Assembly: GCA_040880145.1 (NCBI GenBank)
Contig: JBBDIZ010000018.1
Span: forward strand, 1 to 25,004
Direction: 5' to 3'
From: Simkaniaceae bacterium
GTDB taxonomy: Bacteria > Chlamydiota > Chlamydiia > Chlamydiales > JAJFMI01
DNA: 25,004 nucleotides
Positions within the stretch are counted from its first letter, which is position 1, and every line of letters starts with the position of its first letter. Both the position numbers and the translations under genes were made by a program. Positions 8,937 through 16,656 of this stretch are shown one piece after another. The notes beneath the pieces are model-generated. The model was given only the letters and a program-made list of their open reading frames with translations. It was not told the origin of the DNA and did no database searches.

Positions 8937-9091
8937 TCTTTTTTTCCTGTTAGCGACAAATAGAAATGTCCCTTAGTTGGATTAAATAGAAATGTCCCTT
9001 TAGATTCATTAGTTTTTGGGACACTGATCAACTCTTACACGTTGATTATAGCAAATATTTCTTTCAAAATCAAGATGGGGGAGTATGAGGG

Positions 9092-9417
9092 CAGGGCACC
9101 AGACATTAAAATAATAATTTTATCCTCCTAGAAATGGGGTTAAACCGTAACCCCATTCTTTTTAGACTGCCAATGACATTTTCATTCACACCCCTTTCTA
9201 AACTATTAACGCAAGAGGCGGGGAGACGCGAGAGGCAGAGAGAAGAAATTATAAATCATTAACTACTTTCTCTCGCGTCTTTCCGCCTCTTGCGTCTCTC
9301 GCGTTTATCCTATGAATAGATTCTAATATTTATGGATATCAACTAGGATATTGGATAGATCAAGAAATTGAAAATCGAATAGAAATGGAAATTATTCTTT
9401 TAATGTCCGGTGCCCTG
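9092..9417. mobile_element. 326-bp MITE with CAGGG termini (ISAs1-family-like), nested in the TGT...ACA element
   Basis: 29-bp terminal inverted repeats CAGGGCACC(A/G)GACATTAAAA(T/G)AATAATTT (2 mismatches) and a perfect 10-bp direct repeat AGTATGAGGG at 9082-9091 and 9418-9427. No transposase ORF. Confidence 0.88.
9209..9305. repeat. Long GC-rich REP-like palindrome inside the MITE
   Basis: ACGCAAGAGGCGGGGAGACGCGAGAG (9209-9234) pairs with CTCTCGCGTCTTTCCGCCTCTTGCGT (9270-9295): 26 bp with two G-T wobbles and a 35-nt loop, plus an extra CTCTCGCGT unit. Confidence 0.75.
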
Positions 9418-9532
9418 AGTATGAGGGGGTTTCCCCCTCATAAAAGAATAAAAAATAAAATCTGCCCATTCCAACGAAGGCGGCTCTAGGGGGGCTGGGG
9501 GACAGCGTCCCCCGACATTTCGGACAAAGCTC

Positions 9533-9580
9533 CTATACTTTCAAAACGTTACGTTTACGAGTTGTTCGCTTCCATGGATG
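9533..9580 (-). pseudogene. C-terminal remnant of an IS1202/ISNCY-type DDE transposase
   Basis: CAT CCA TGG AAG CGA ... GTA TAG = HPWKRTTRKRNVLKV*. HPW(K/R) is a C-terminal motif I recall for this transposase family. There is no in-frame start. Confidence 0.5.
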
Positions 9581-9733
9581 AACAGATAACCTCCTCTATC
9601 GTTGCCCCCATTGGTTTAAATTATTTTCTTAACCTAAAGGGACATTTCTATTTGTCGGAAAGGGGACATTTTTATTTGTGGCTTACATAAAAGAAAAAAC
9701 AAGATGAGCAGGATCGCAGGCGGCATGATGATC

Positions 9734-10970
9734 CAGGGAAATTGCATAAAGAAATGATTTGACTTATTCAAGAATTTTTGAAGACTTTACCTCCTAAACT
9801 GGAGGCTTTAAGATGTCAGATAAAAATTCACTGCGACAAACATCAATCATGACCTATTTTTCGATTATTCCCGATCCACGAAAGGAACGGAATCAAGTCT
9901 ATAATCTCTTCGATCTAATCACTATAGCAATTTTAGCCGTTCTTTGTGGTGCTGATGATTGGGTCGAAGTTAATCTTTGGGCGACCTCTAATATTGAATG
10001 GCTTAATCAATTTGACCTCTGCCTTAAAGGCGTACCTTCTTGCGATACCTTGAGTCGATTCTTTCGCTACTTAAATCCACAGGCATTTGAAAAATGTTTT
10101 ATCTCCTGGACTCAAAAAATAGCAAAGGCGGTTGGAGGAGTGATAGCATTGGATGGCAAGACTTTATGCAATTCTTCTGATACAGCAAATGGAATAAAGG
10201 CGATTCACATTGTGAGTGCTTTTTCAGCGGAGAATGACCTTGTGTTAGGACAGCTGGCAACTGAAGCCAAGTCGAATGAAATTATAGCATTTCCTCTTCT
10301 CATTGAAATGCTCGATTTAAAAGGGGCGACTGTTACTATCGACGCAGCTGGTTGTCAGAAGGCTATAGCTAAACAGATTCGAGATAAGGGTGGAGAATAC
10401 GTCCTGGCCTTGAAAGGCAATCAAGGCAAACTGCATGATGAAGTCGAAAATTTTTTTAAACAAGCTATTGCAGTAGAACCTGAAGAAAGTGGGTGCGATT
10501 ACTATAAAAATGAGGAATACTCTCGTGGCAGACGAGAGCAACGCGAAGTGTGGACCATAGGTGACATTGAATGGTTACCACAAAAGGGAAAGTGGAAAGA
10601 TCTAGGCAGTTTAGTTTGTTTGAAAAGCTCTCGAACACAAAAAGGCACGTGTACAGTTGAGATACGGTATTATATATCAAGCTTACCATCAGACGCTTCA
10701 AAATCAGCTTATGCCATTAGAAGCCACTGGGGAATTGAGAACAAGCTGCATTGGCAATTAGATGTTTCTTACGGTGAGGATAATTGCAAAATTTGCAAAG
10801 ACCATGGTGCCGAAAATTTCTCTGTGATCAGGCGAGCTACTTTGAACATACTCAAGGGAGATAAGAAAACGAAAGCTGGGATAAAAAATAAACGATCTAA
10901 AGCCGGATGGGATAGGAGCTATATGCTGGAGCTGTTAGGCATAAACTAATTTCTTCATGCAATTTCCCTG
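9734..10970 (+). mobile_element. Complete ISAs1-family insertion sequence (1237 bp)
   Basis: 22-bp inverted repeats CAGGGAAATTGCAT(A/G)AAGAAAT (1 mismatch). Flanking direct repeats CATGATGATC (9724-9733) and CATGATGACC (10971-10980) match 9/10. Confidence 0.95.
9813..10949 (+). CDS. ISAs1-family transposase (H-repeat-associated, DDE)
   Basis: IPDPR, VIALDGKTL, KSNEI.A.P.L, VTIDAAGCQK, YVLALKGNQ, IRSHWGIENKLHWQLDV; GGAGG ribosome-binding site at 9801-9805. Confidence 0.97.
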   Translation: MSDKNSLRQTSIMTYFSIIPDPRKERNQVYNLFDLITIAILAVLCGADDWVEVNLWATSNIEWLNQFDLCLKGVPSCDTLSRFFRYLNPQAFEKCFISWTQKIAKAVGGVIALDGKTLCNSSDTANGIKAIHIVSAFSAENDLVLGQLATEAKSNEIIAFPLLIEMLDLKGATVTIDAAGCQKAIAKQIRDKGGEYVLALKGNQGKLHDEVENFFKQAIAVEPEESGCDYYKNEEYSRGRREQREVWTIGDIEWLPQKGKWKDLGSLVCLKSSRTQKGTCTVEIRYYISSLPSDASKSAYAIRSHWGIENKLHWQLDVSYGEDNCKICKDHGAENFSVIRRATLNILKGDKKTKAGIKNKRSKAGWDRSYMLELLGIN

Positions 10971-11206
10971 CATGATGACCAGGATGATGAACTCTTTTGT
11001 ATTCCAACCTCAAATTGAAATATATCGAAAATCGTTTCTGTGAGTTCTTGGTAACAAGTCCAATTTTGGTATAAAGGGTCTGTAGTCCGTGGGCCTATCA
11101 GTTGCTGTAATATTGTTGCCTAATAACCATTTATTTTTGACAAATTTCAAACTGAACGTTATACCCTGTTCTTATTTGATTCAATATGAAGTAGAGGAGG
11201 AGCGTT

Positions 11207-11659
11207 TTGAAAGTCCTATTTTTTGTAGTTATTATTTGTTTATTTCAGGGTGATTTATTTTCATGGGAAGTCAGAACTTCTAGAATAACTTTTAAAGAAG
11301 ATGCTTTTGTATATGGGGAGAGTGCTCTAAATCCAGTTTGGACTCTTATGGATGATGAGAAGGGATTATTTATGATCGTTCCGGTAAAAATTCTCTGTTC
11401 AAACTGCAAAGAGCATCAGAATGAATTAGCCCAAAATTGCAAAATTTGTGGCTTTGGAGAGTTTGACTATATCCTTTGTGAAAATAAATTGAGATTTAAA
11501 GCGAATCTTGATGATGAAGGGAAAAAGGAGGTTGAGCTGGAATATAGTTATGAAAATGATACTTGTAATGCAAAATTAGGCCTCAAGGGGAGGGCAGAGC
11601 AGAATTTAGATGGGAAGGTTAAATGTGAAGTAGGTTTAGAACTTGAGACCTCTTTTTAA
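11207..11659 (+). CDS. Hypothetical secreted protein with CxxC...CxxC motif
   Basis: Strong AGAGGAGG site before TTG, signal peptide MKVLFFVVIICLFQGDLFS, CSNC-x10-CKIC, and alternating beta-strand C-terminus ending in Phe. Confidence 0.7.
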   Translation: MKVLFFVVIICLFQGDLFSWEVRTSRITFKEDAFVYGESALNPVWTLMDDEKGLFMIVPVKILCSNCKEHQNELAQNCKICGFGEFDYILCENKLRFKANLDDEGKKEVELEYSYENDTCNAKLGLKGRAEQNLDGKVKCEVGLELETSF

Positions 11660-13268
11660 AAAAATTGGAATTGCTGTTTTTCTTTTAGTTGTTGTATGGG
11701 TTTGGCTAATGAATCGTAAAGATTTAAACGAGCTTATTCCTTTGCAAATTACAGAGAGAAAAAAAGTTTTTGTTGAGACAAAAATCAATGGGAATAAGAC
11801 ATGGGCCCGTCTTCTTTTTAAGTCAAAATACCCTCTCATCTTAAGAGGGGAAAATTCTCTGGATCTCCCTTTTCTTAATAAGTATGCTACTTGGCAAAAT
11901 GCAAAAAATTGCGTTTTTAATGTGCCCTTAGCAGATGTAGAAAAATTTCAAGTTGGTCCGGTTTGTTTTAAGCATATGCAGGCTCCCATTGATGTAAAAT
12001 CTATCGAAGAAAATAGTATTGCTTGGCCTTTTAGCAGGTCTCAACTACTTATTGATCTGTCTCATCACAGACTTTTCGCTGTTTCAGATGAAAAAAAACT
12101 TTTGAGAGAGGGGTATGATTTATCAAAAATGAAAAAAATTCCATTTGAAGAGGATGAAAAGTTTCTCTTTTTTAGAGCGAATACAAAGCTTGGCGTTCTT
12201 CGGGTTGGAATTGGAACTGAGAGTAATCTAAATTATATTAATAAAAAAATTCTTAAGGGCAGGGAGTTAGAGGACGGAATTGTGCAAATGACTTTAGAGC
12301 GCCCTGATTTTGCTTTACCCCTAGATTCATATTATTCAGTTTCTCTTCCTCCAGAGCTCAATATTGATGCTTTCTTAGGAGTTGATTTTCTTTTATCTCA
12401 TGTTCTCTATGTTGATTACAGAAACAAAACCCTTTTTCTTGGTGAAAAGTATTCAAATACGATTTCAGGCTCTTTTTCAAAACCAATTCCTCTTCAATAC
12501 ACAGATGCGGGTTCACCCTGTGTAATGATTCATATAAACGGGAAGAAAATTGATGCAATAATCGATACGGGCTCTTGCTATGAGATAACGATTCCCTATG
12601 ACTCAAGTATTTTAGAGCAGTTAAAAAAGATAAAAGATTCTTGTAGTATTAATTTTAAAGGGGAAAAAGCAAAAAGCTCTCAATATATACTTCCTTCATG
12701 TCAAATTGAAGGGTATAAAATTCAGAATATAATTGCTGAAGTTGATATGAGTATTGATCCGAATCGCTACGAGGTTTCTATTATAGGGGAGGCGAAAGGG
12801 GTAGTAGACAGTAACAAAACAGGTGCAATTGGGCGGCCATTTTTATTAAGGTCGAATATCTATTTTGATTTTCCAAATGATCAAATGTCCTTTATTTCAG
12901 AAAAAGAATTCGCTTCTATGAAAGATCAGTTTGTTTTGATTCCGTTTGAGGAAACTTGGATGGGATTTCAGCTAATCGTAGATACAGACTTTGGTTCACT
13001 AAAATGTCTGCTCGATACGGGTTCAAGTTTGTCTTTTATTCAAAATCGTTTCGGAAATAATTTTACAACCATTCAAGACAATTATGGAAATGAGTGTCTG
13101 CAATCTGAAAAATTGATCCTAAGTGGAGTGGATTATGGTAAAAATAATCTCTATCCATTAAAAATGAAGGCTTTTTCTGAAATTGATGGAATACTTGGAA
13201 TGGATTTTTTAAAGAGCAAATCTCTTTACATCGATTACAGAAACAAGCGGTTCTATTTAAAGAAGTAG
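11643..13268 (+). CDS. Membrane-anchored multi-domain retropepsin-like aspartyl protease
   Basis: N-terminal transmembrane segment; two catalytic motifs AIIDTGS and CLLDTGS; closing motifs DAFLGVDFL, GAIGRPFL and DGILGMDFL followed by Y(I/V/F)D(Y/F) strands. Confidence 0.82.
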   Translation: MRPLFKKIGIAVFLLVVVWVWLMNRKDLNELIPLQITERKKVFVETKINGNKTWARLLFKSKYPLILRGENSLDLPFLNKYATWQNAKNCVFNVPLADVEKFQVGPVCFKHMQAPIDVKSIEENSIAWPFSRSQLLIDLSHHRLFAVSDEKKLLREGYDLSKMKKIPFEEDEKFLFFRANTKLGVLRVGIGTESNLNYINKKILKGRELEDGIVQMTLERPDFALPLDSYYSVSLPPELNIDAFLGVDFLLSHVLYVDYRNKTLFLGEKYSNTISGSFSKPIPLQYTDAGSPCVMIHINGKKIDAIIDTGSCYEITIPYDSSILEQLKKIKDSCSINFKGEKAKSSQYILPSCQIEGYKIQNIIAEVDMSIDPNRYEVSIIGEAKGVVDSNKTGAIGRPFLLRSNIYFDFPNDQMSFISEKEFASMKDQFVLIPFEETWMGFQLIVDTDFGSLKCLLDTGSSLSFIQNRFGNNFTTIQDNYGNECLQSEKLILSGVDYGKNNLYPLKMKAFSEIDGILGMDFLKSKSLYIDYRNKRFYLKK

Positions 13269-13283
13269 GCATCCAAAAAAAAA

Positions 13284-13955
13284 TTACGGGATCTTTTTTT
13301 CAATTTCTCCTGATAAAATTGAATGAATCGGCCCTTTCTCATCCTTTAAAAACAAGCAGCCGTCATTTTCAGTATAGGCTAGATTTTGCTTGTATTCCTC
13401 TTTGAATGGAGCAAAGCCCATCTCTTTAAAAAGAGTCAAATGTTTGCTAAAGTTTTGAGTCAATTGAGATTGGATTTGATTAAGATCGCTTGAGCGGGCT
13501 GTTTCGATTAAGAGGGATGTTGCGGGCTGATCGATAGAGGAAAGGTCATTTTTTGTTGCGTTGACATTGAGTCCAATTCCGGCAAAAATCGTAACAAAGT
13601 CAGAATGAAATTCCGTTTCGACTAATACACCTGCAATTTTTTTCCCATTGACGAGAAGGTCATTTGGCCATTTTATTCTGGGAGAGAGTCCTCTGCCTTT
13701 CAGGAGGGTATAGGCGCTGAAGGAGAGGAGCAGGCCGAGGGCGGTTAAATCCTTTTGGTCTAATAAAAGAGAAAAAGCGTAAGTAAGTGTAAGGTTTTCT
13801 CCTTTTGAAACCCAAGGACGCCCAAAACGACCATGACCGCCTGTTTGTTTAAGAGCCTGAATAATGGTCAACCCCTCTAAAAAAGAAAAGTAATGCTCTT
13901 TAGCGTAAGTTTGGGTTGAAGGGGCTGATTTAAGTTCAACGATTCGTGTCTTCAT
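13284..13955 (-). CDS. birA: Biotin--protein ligase (monofunctional, no HTH)
   Basis: STQ, QTGGHGRFGRPW.S, IKWPNDLLVNGKKIAGVLVE, GIGLNVN. Confidence 0.95.
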   Translation of the reverse strand: MKTRIVELKSAPSTQTYAKEHYFSFLEGLTIIQALKQTGGHGRFGRPWVSKGENLTLTYAFSLLLDQKDLTALGLLLSFSAYTLLKGRGLSPRIKWPNDLLVNGKKIAGVLVETEFHSDFVTIFAGIGLNVNATKNDLSSIDQPATSLLIETARSSDLNQIQSQLTQNFSKHLTLFKEMGFAPFKEEYKQNLAYTENDGCLFLKDEKGPIHSILSGEIEKKIP

Positions 13956-13963
13956 ACTGGGTA

Positions 13964-13992
13964 ATTATAATAGAAAGGCTTTTTTTTGACGA
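13964..13992 (-). promoter_or_regulatory. Putative sigma70/sigma66 promoter of birA
   Basis: Minus strand TCGTCA-N17-TATAAT, 8 nt before the ATG. Confidence 0.4.
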
Positions 13993-14092
13993 ATTTTGGT
14001 TGATAGTTTTTCAGAAATATAAAAAAAATAATTGTTTATTATAATAGTTTTTTTGTATAAATAAAATTATAACTAACTAAGTATGTTTAATT

Positions 14093-14689
14093 ATGAGTGC
14101 TATTCCTCCTGCTTTACCTTCAATGCCTTCTCCAGATTCTGGAGGTGATAAAATTTCAATGACGGCTATTTTTTCCGGGTTGCAGTCATCATTTTATGCA
14201 GAAACGCAGAAGGGGGTTCCTATGACTCAAGCTCTTGATTCTGAAGTGGCAGCGCTTGGCAACTTAGTCAATGCCAGCGGAAATCAGCAGTTAGCGAATA
14301 CTTACAATTCAAGTTTTCTTCCGGCTTACAATGCGTTTAGAAATGATCCTAACCAAACTACTTTTAACCAATATTTAAGCCCAGTTTTTACTGAAATGGA
14401 AGGCTCTGGGGCTTCGATTTCTCCTAAGGCATTAAATAATTTTATTAATCAAACGCTTTCTACCGCTGCGAACGATGTTTTCAGTGGCAATGATCAAGGA
14501 GCTTATGGGGCTCTTTTAGTAGCTCAAAATGTGATTGATCAATCCGGGGCCTACTCAACTGCGACTTGTGGAGATATCAATCAGATTGTCAATAATGATT
14601 TTGCTCCCCTTCGTGCAGGAGGAGGAGTCAATGAACAACAAGCGTTAGGAGATATCAATACTCTGATTTACCAATTCCCATTGCAATAA
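14093..14689 (+). CDS. Hypothetical protein, Ser/Pro-rich N-terminus, Asn/Gln/Ala-rich body (possible secreted effector)
   Basis: Clean 198-aa ORF after an AT-rich intergenic region; no recognised domain. Confidence 0.7.
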   Translation: MSAIPPALPSMPSPDSGGDKISMTAIFSGLQSSFYAETQKGVPMTQALDSEVAALGNLVNASGNQQLANTYNSSFLPAYNAFRNDPNQTTFNQYLSPVFTEMEGSGASISPKALNNFINQTLSTAANDVFSGNDQGAYGALLVAQNVIDQSGAYSTATCGDINQIVNNDFAPLRAGGGVNEQQALGDINTLIYQFPLQ

Positions 14690-14756
14690 CCGAGCTCTCT
14701 TCAAATTCAATTGAATGCTTGGAGCTTTTGTCGAGCTTAGTATAAGCTTAAGGATA

Positions 14757-15890
14757 ATGTTTGATTTTAGAGCTTTAAGGCGTCTTCATTTCCGTCAAAT
14801 CCCCTTAATCTTGATGCTGATGGCCGTCAGTCTAATTGTGATCTCTTTAACGACTTTGCCAAGCATGCATGGGAGCGATGAGCCCTTTTTTACGCCTCTT
14901 GTTTTAAGCCAGCTCCGCTGGTTTGTATTGGGATCAGGGGTTTTTTTGCTCGCTGCGGCTTTCGATTATCAAAAGCTTCGTGAATTCACATGGTTTTTTT
15001 ATTTAATTATGATTTTGCTTTTGATTGGCCTTTTTTTTACAACGCCGGTGAATGCGGCAAGGCGTTGGTATCGGCTGCCGGGTTTAGCATTTCAACCTTC
15101 GGAATATGCGAAGTTAACGTGTGTGATTACGCTCAGTTGGTTTTTGGAGCGCAGGAGTCAGTCGATTCAAACACTTTCGACAGCTCTTCAGGCAGGCTTG
15201 ATTGTAGGGATTCCATTTGTACTCATTCTAAAGCAGCCTGATCTCGGCTCGAGTTTGGTCCTTTATCCGATTACCCTTGTGATGTTTTACTTCGGTGGGA
15301 TTCAGATGCGAATCGTAAAGGGAATGCTTCTTCTTTTTTTCACAGGTCTTCTCTTAATTTTTCCTATTTTTTCAGGGCTTGTTTCCCATGAAGAGGCTCG
15401 GCCTTTGTTTACAAAAGTATTAAAGGATTACCAATATGAGCGGCTTAATCCCAATACCTATCACCAGAAAGCTTCAAAAACAGCCATAGCTCTCGGCGGG
15501 TTAACCGGCAGCGGATTTCGAAAAAGCGAATTCACCGGGCATAAATGGCTTCCGGAGGCTCAGACGGATTCTGTTTTTGCGGCTTTTACTGAAGAATTTG
15601 GGTTTATAGGAGCTATTGGGGTGCTGGCTCTTTACTTTTTATTGATTTTTTTTGGATTTCAGGTGACAGCTGTTGCCAAAGATCATTTTGGCCGCCTTCT
15701 TTCAAGCGGGATTACGGTTTATTTGGCTTTTCATGTTATTGTTAACATCGGAATGATGTGTAAAATTCTTCCGATCACAGGGGTGCCTCTGGTATTATTG
15801 ACCTATGGCGGTTCTTCTGTCTTGACGACGATGGCGGCGCTTGGTATTTTGCAAAGTGTCTACACTAGAAGGTATATGTTCGTCTTATGA
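14757..15890 (+). CDS. rodA: SEDS family peptidoglycan glycosyltransferase, RodA
   Basis: ARRWY, FQPSEYAK, KQPDLGS, YH...S..AI..GGL.G.G, LPEAQTDSVF, GVPL.L.TYGGSS. ATG at 14757 (after AAGGA) is preferred over 14715. RodA rather than FtsW is inferred from context. Confidence 0.88.
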   Translation: MFDFRALRRLHFRQIPLILMLMAVSLIVISLTTLPSMHGSDEPFFTPLVLSQLRWFVLGSGVFLLAAAFDYQKLREFTWFFYLIMILLLIGLFFTTPVNAARRWYRLPGLAFQPSEYAKLTCVITLSWFLERRSQSIQTLSTALQAGLIVGIPFVLILKQPDLGSSLVLYPITLVMFYFGGIQMRIVKGMLLLFFTGLLLIFPIFSGLVSHEEARPLFTKVLKDYQYERLNPNTYHQKASKTAIALGGLTGSGFRKSEFTGHKWLPEAQTDSVFAAFTEEFGFIGAIGVLALYFLLIFFGFQVTAVAKDHFGRLLSSGITVYLAFHVIVNIGMMCKILPITGVPLVLLTYGGSSVLTTMAALGILQSVYTRRYMFVL

Positions 15891-16321
15891 GGTACCATAA
15901 ATTTCTTTTTTCTGAAGGTTCTTGGCTGGGTGAAGGTAAGATTCGTCTGAATCTCTCAGAAGATGAGCTCGATTTTTATATGCGTTGGAGTGTAGAAGAC
16001 TATAACGATATAGGGCCCGTTCGCTGCGTTCAGGAAATTCAAGTGCAAGGGCTTCAAGAGGTTATGTACAACTCCTTCTCAATTGCTTACGATTTAGGGG
16101 GGGATCTTTCAATTGAACTTGATAATCAAACGATTGGAACGATTCTCGGCCAGGGCTTTGTCAGCCCGTTTAAGATCGCTTGGGAATTTAATGAAAAGGG
16201 ATTTAAGGGTTTTGAATTTTATCAAAAATTAAGAGATCGGGAATATCAACTCCACGCAGAATATGGAGCCGATGATTTTCGTACCGTGATCGAGGGAAAA
16301 ATATGGCAAAAGGAAGAGTGA
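15887..16321 (+). CDS. Hypothetical beta-rich protein translationally coupled to rodA
   Basis: ATGA overlap with the rodA stop; GSWLGEG near the N-terminus, aromatic-rich strands. Confidence 0.75.
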   Translation: MRYHKFLFSEGSWLGEGKIRLNLSEDELDFYMRWSVEDYNDIGPVRCVQEIQVQGLQEVMYNSFSIAYDLGGDLSIELDNQTIGTILGQGFVSPFKIAWEFNEKGFKGFEFYQKLRDREYQLHAEYGADDFRTVIEGKIWQKEE

Positions 16322-16656
16322 AGGCAGCTATTTATTTATTGATTTTAGCCGCGTTCTCTGCTTGTTCAGCAGGAGGGACTGCGATGACGCGTGATGAATT
16401 TGCTGCAGTTGATATTGGGGAGCCTATTGAAGATGTGCTCAACTATTTCGGTCAGCCCTACTCGATACGTTCTCGTGGTGCAGATTGTGATATTTATGAA
16501 TATATCGAAAAAATAAAAATGGACTACTTAACAATTCAACAAAAGCGTTATTATTTTGTTGTAACCAACGGCAGGGTGGTTGGTAAGTATGTCATGTTGA
16601 CAAATCCCCCTCCTTATGAGCAAATTTATAACGATGAAGTTTACCCGGTATATTGA
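16318..16656 (+). CDS. Lipoprotein with SmpA/OmlA (BamE-like) domain
   Basis: Lipobox LAAFSAC; F..V.IG...EDVL..FGQPY pattern. GTG at 16318 overlaps the upstream stop (GTGA); ATG at 16303 is an alternative. Confidence 0.7.
   Translation: MKAAIYLLILAAFSACSAGGTAMTRDEFAAVDIGEPIEDVLNYFGQPYSIRSRGADCDIYEYIEKIKMDYLTIQQKRYYFVVTNGRVVGKYVMLTNPPPYEQIYNDEVYPVY

Larger units (their letters stand above)
8948..9687 (-). mobile_element. Non-autonomous, internally deleted IS1202 (ISNCY)/IS481-like element
   Basis: TGT...ACA termini with 23/27 inverted identity. Each end has two copies of AAATA(G/A)AAATGTCCC (8958-8974, 8984-9000; 9637-9653, 9661-9677). The minus strand has AGGAGG followed shortly by HPWKRTTRKRNVLKV* (9580-9533). 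No target duplication is visible. Confidence 0.75.

Noticed and set aside
8958..9000. Direct repeat AAATAGAAATGTCCCTT as a mini-CRISPR or iteron
   Set aside because: Only two copies with a 9-bp gap, mirrored at 9637-9677, and no cas or rep gene; better explained as transposase-binding sites.
8900..9733. dif/XerCD site as target of the IS1202-like element
   Set aside because: No 11-6-11 XerC/XerD-like site (for example TTATGTTAAAT) is visible on either flank.
10317..13272. Antisense ORFs 10317-10541, 10465-10701, 11636-11839, 12358-12606 and 13063-13272
   Set aside because: They overlap the transposase or protease genes and have no independent support.
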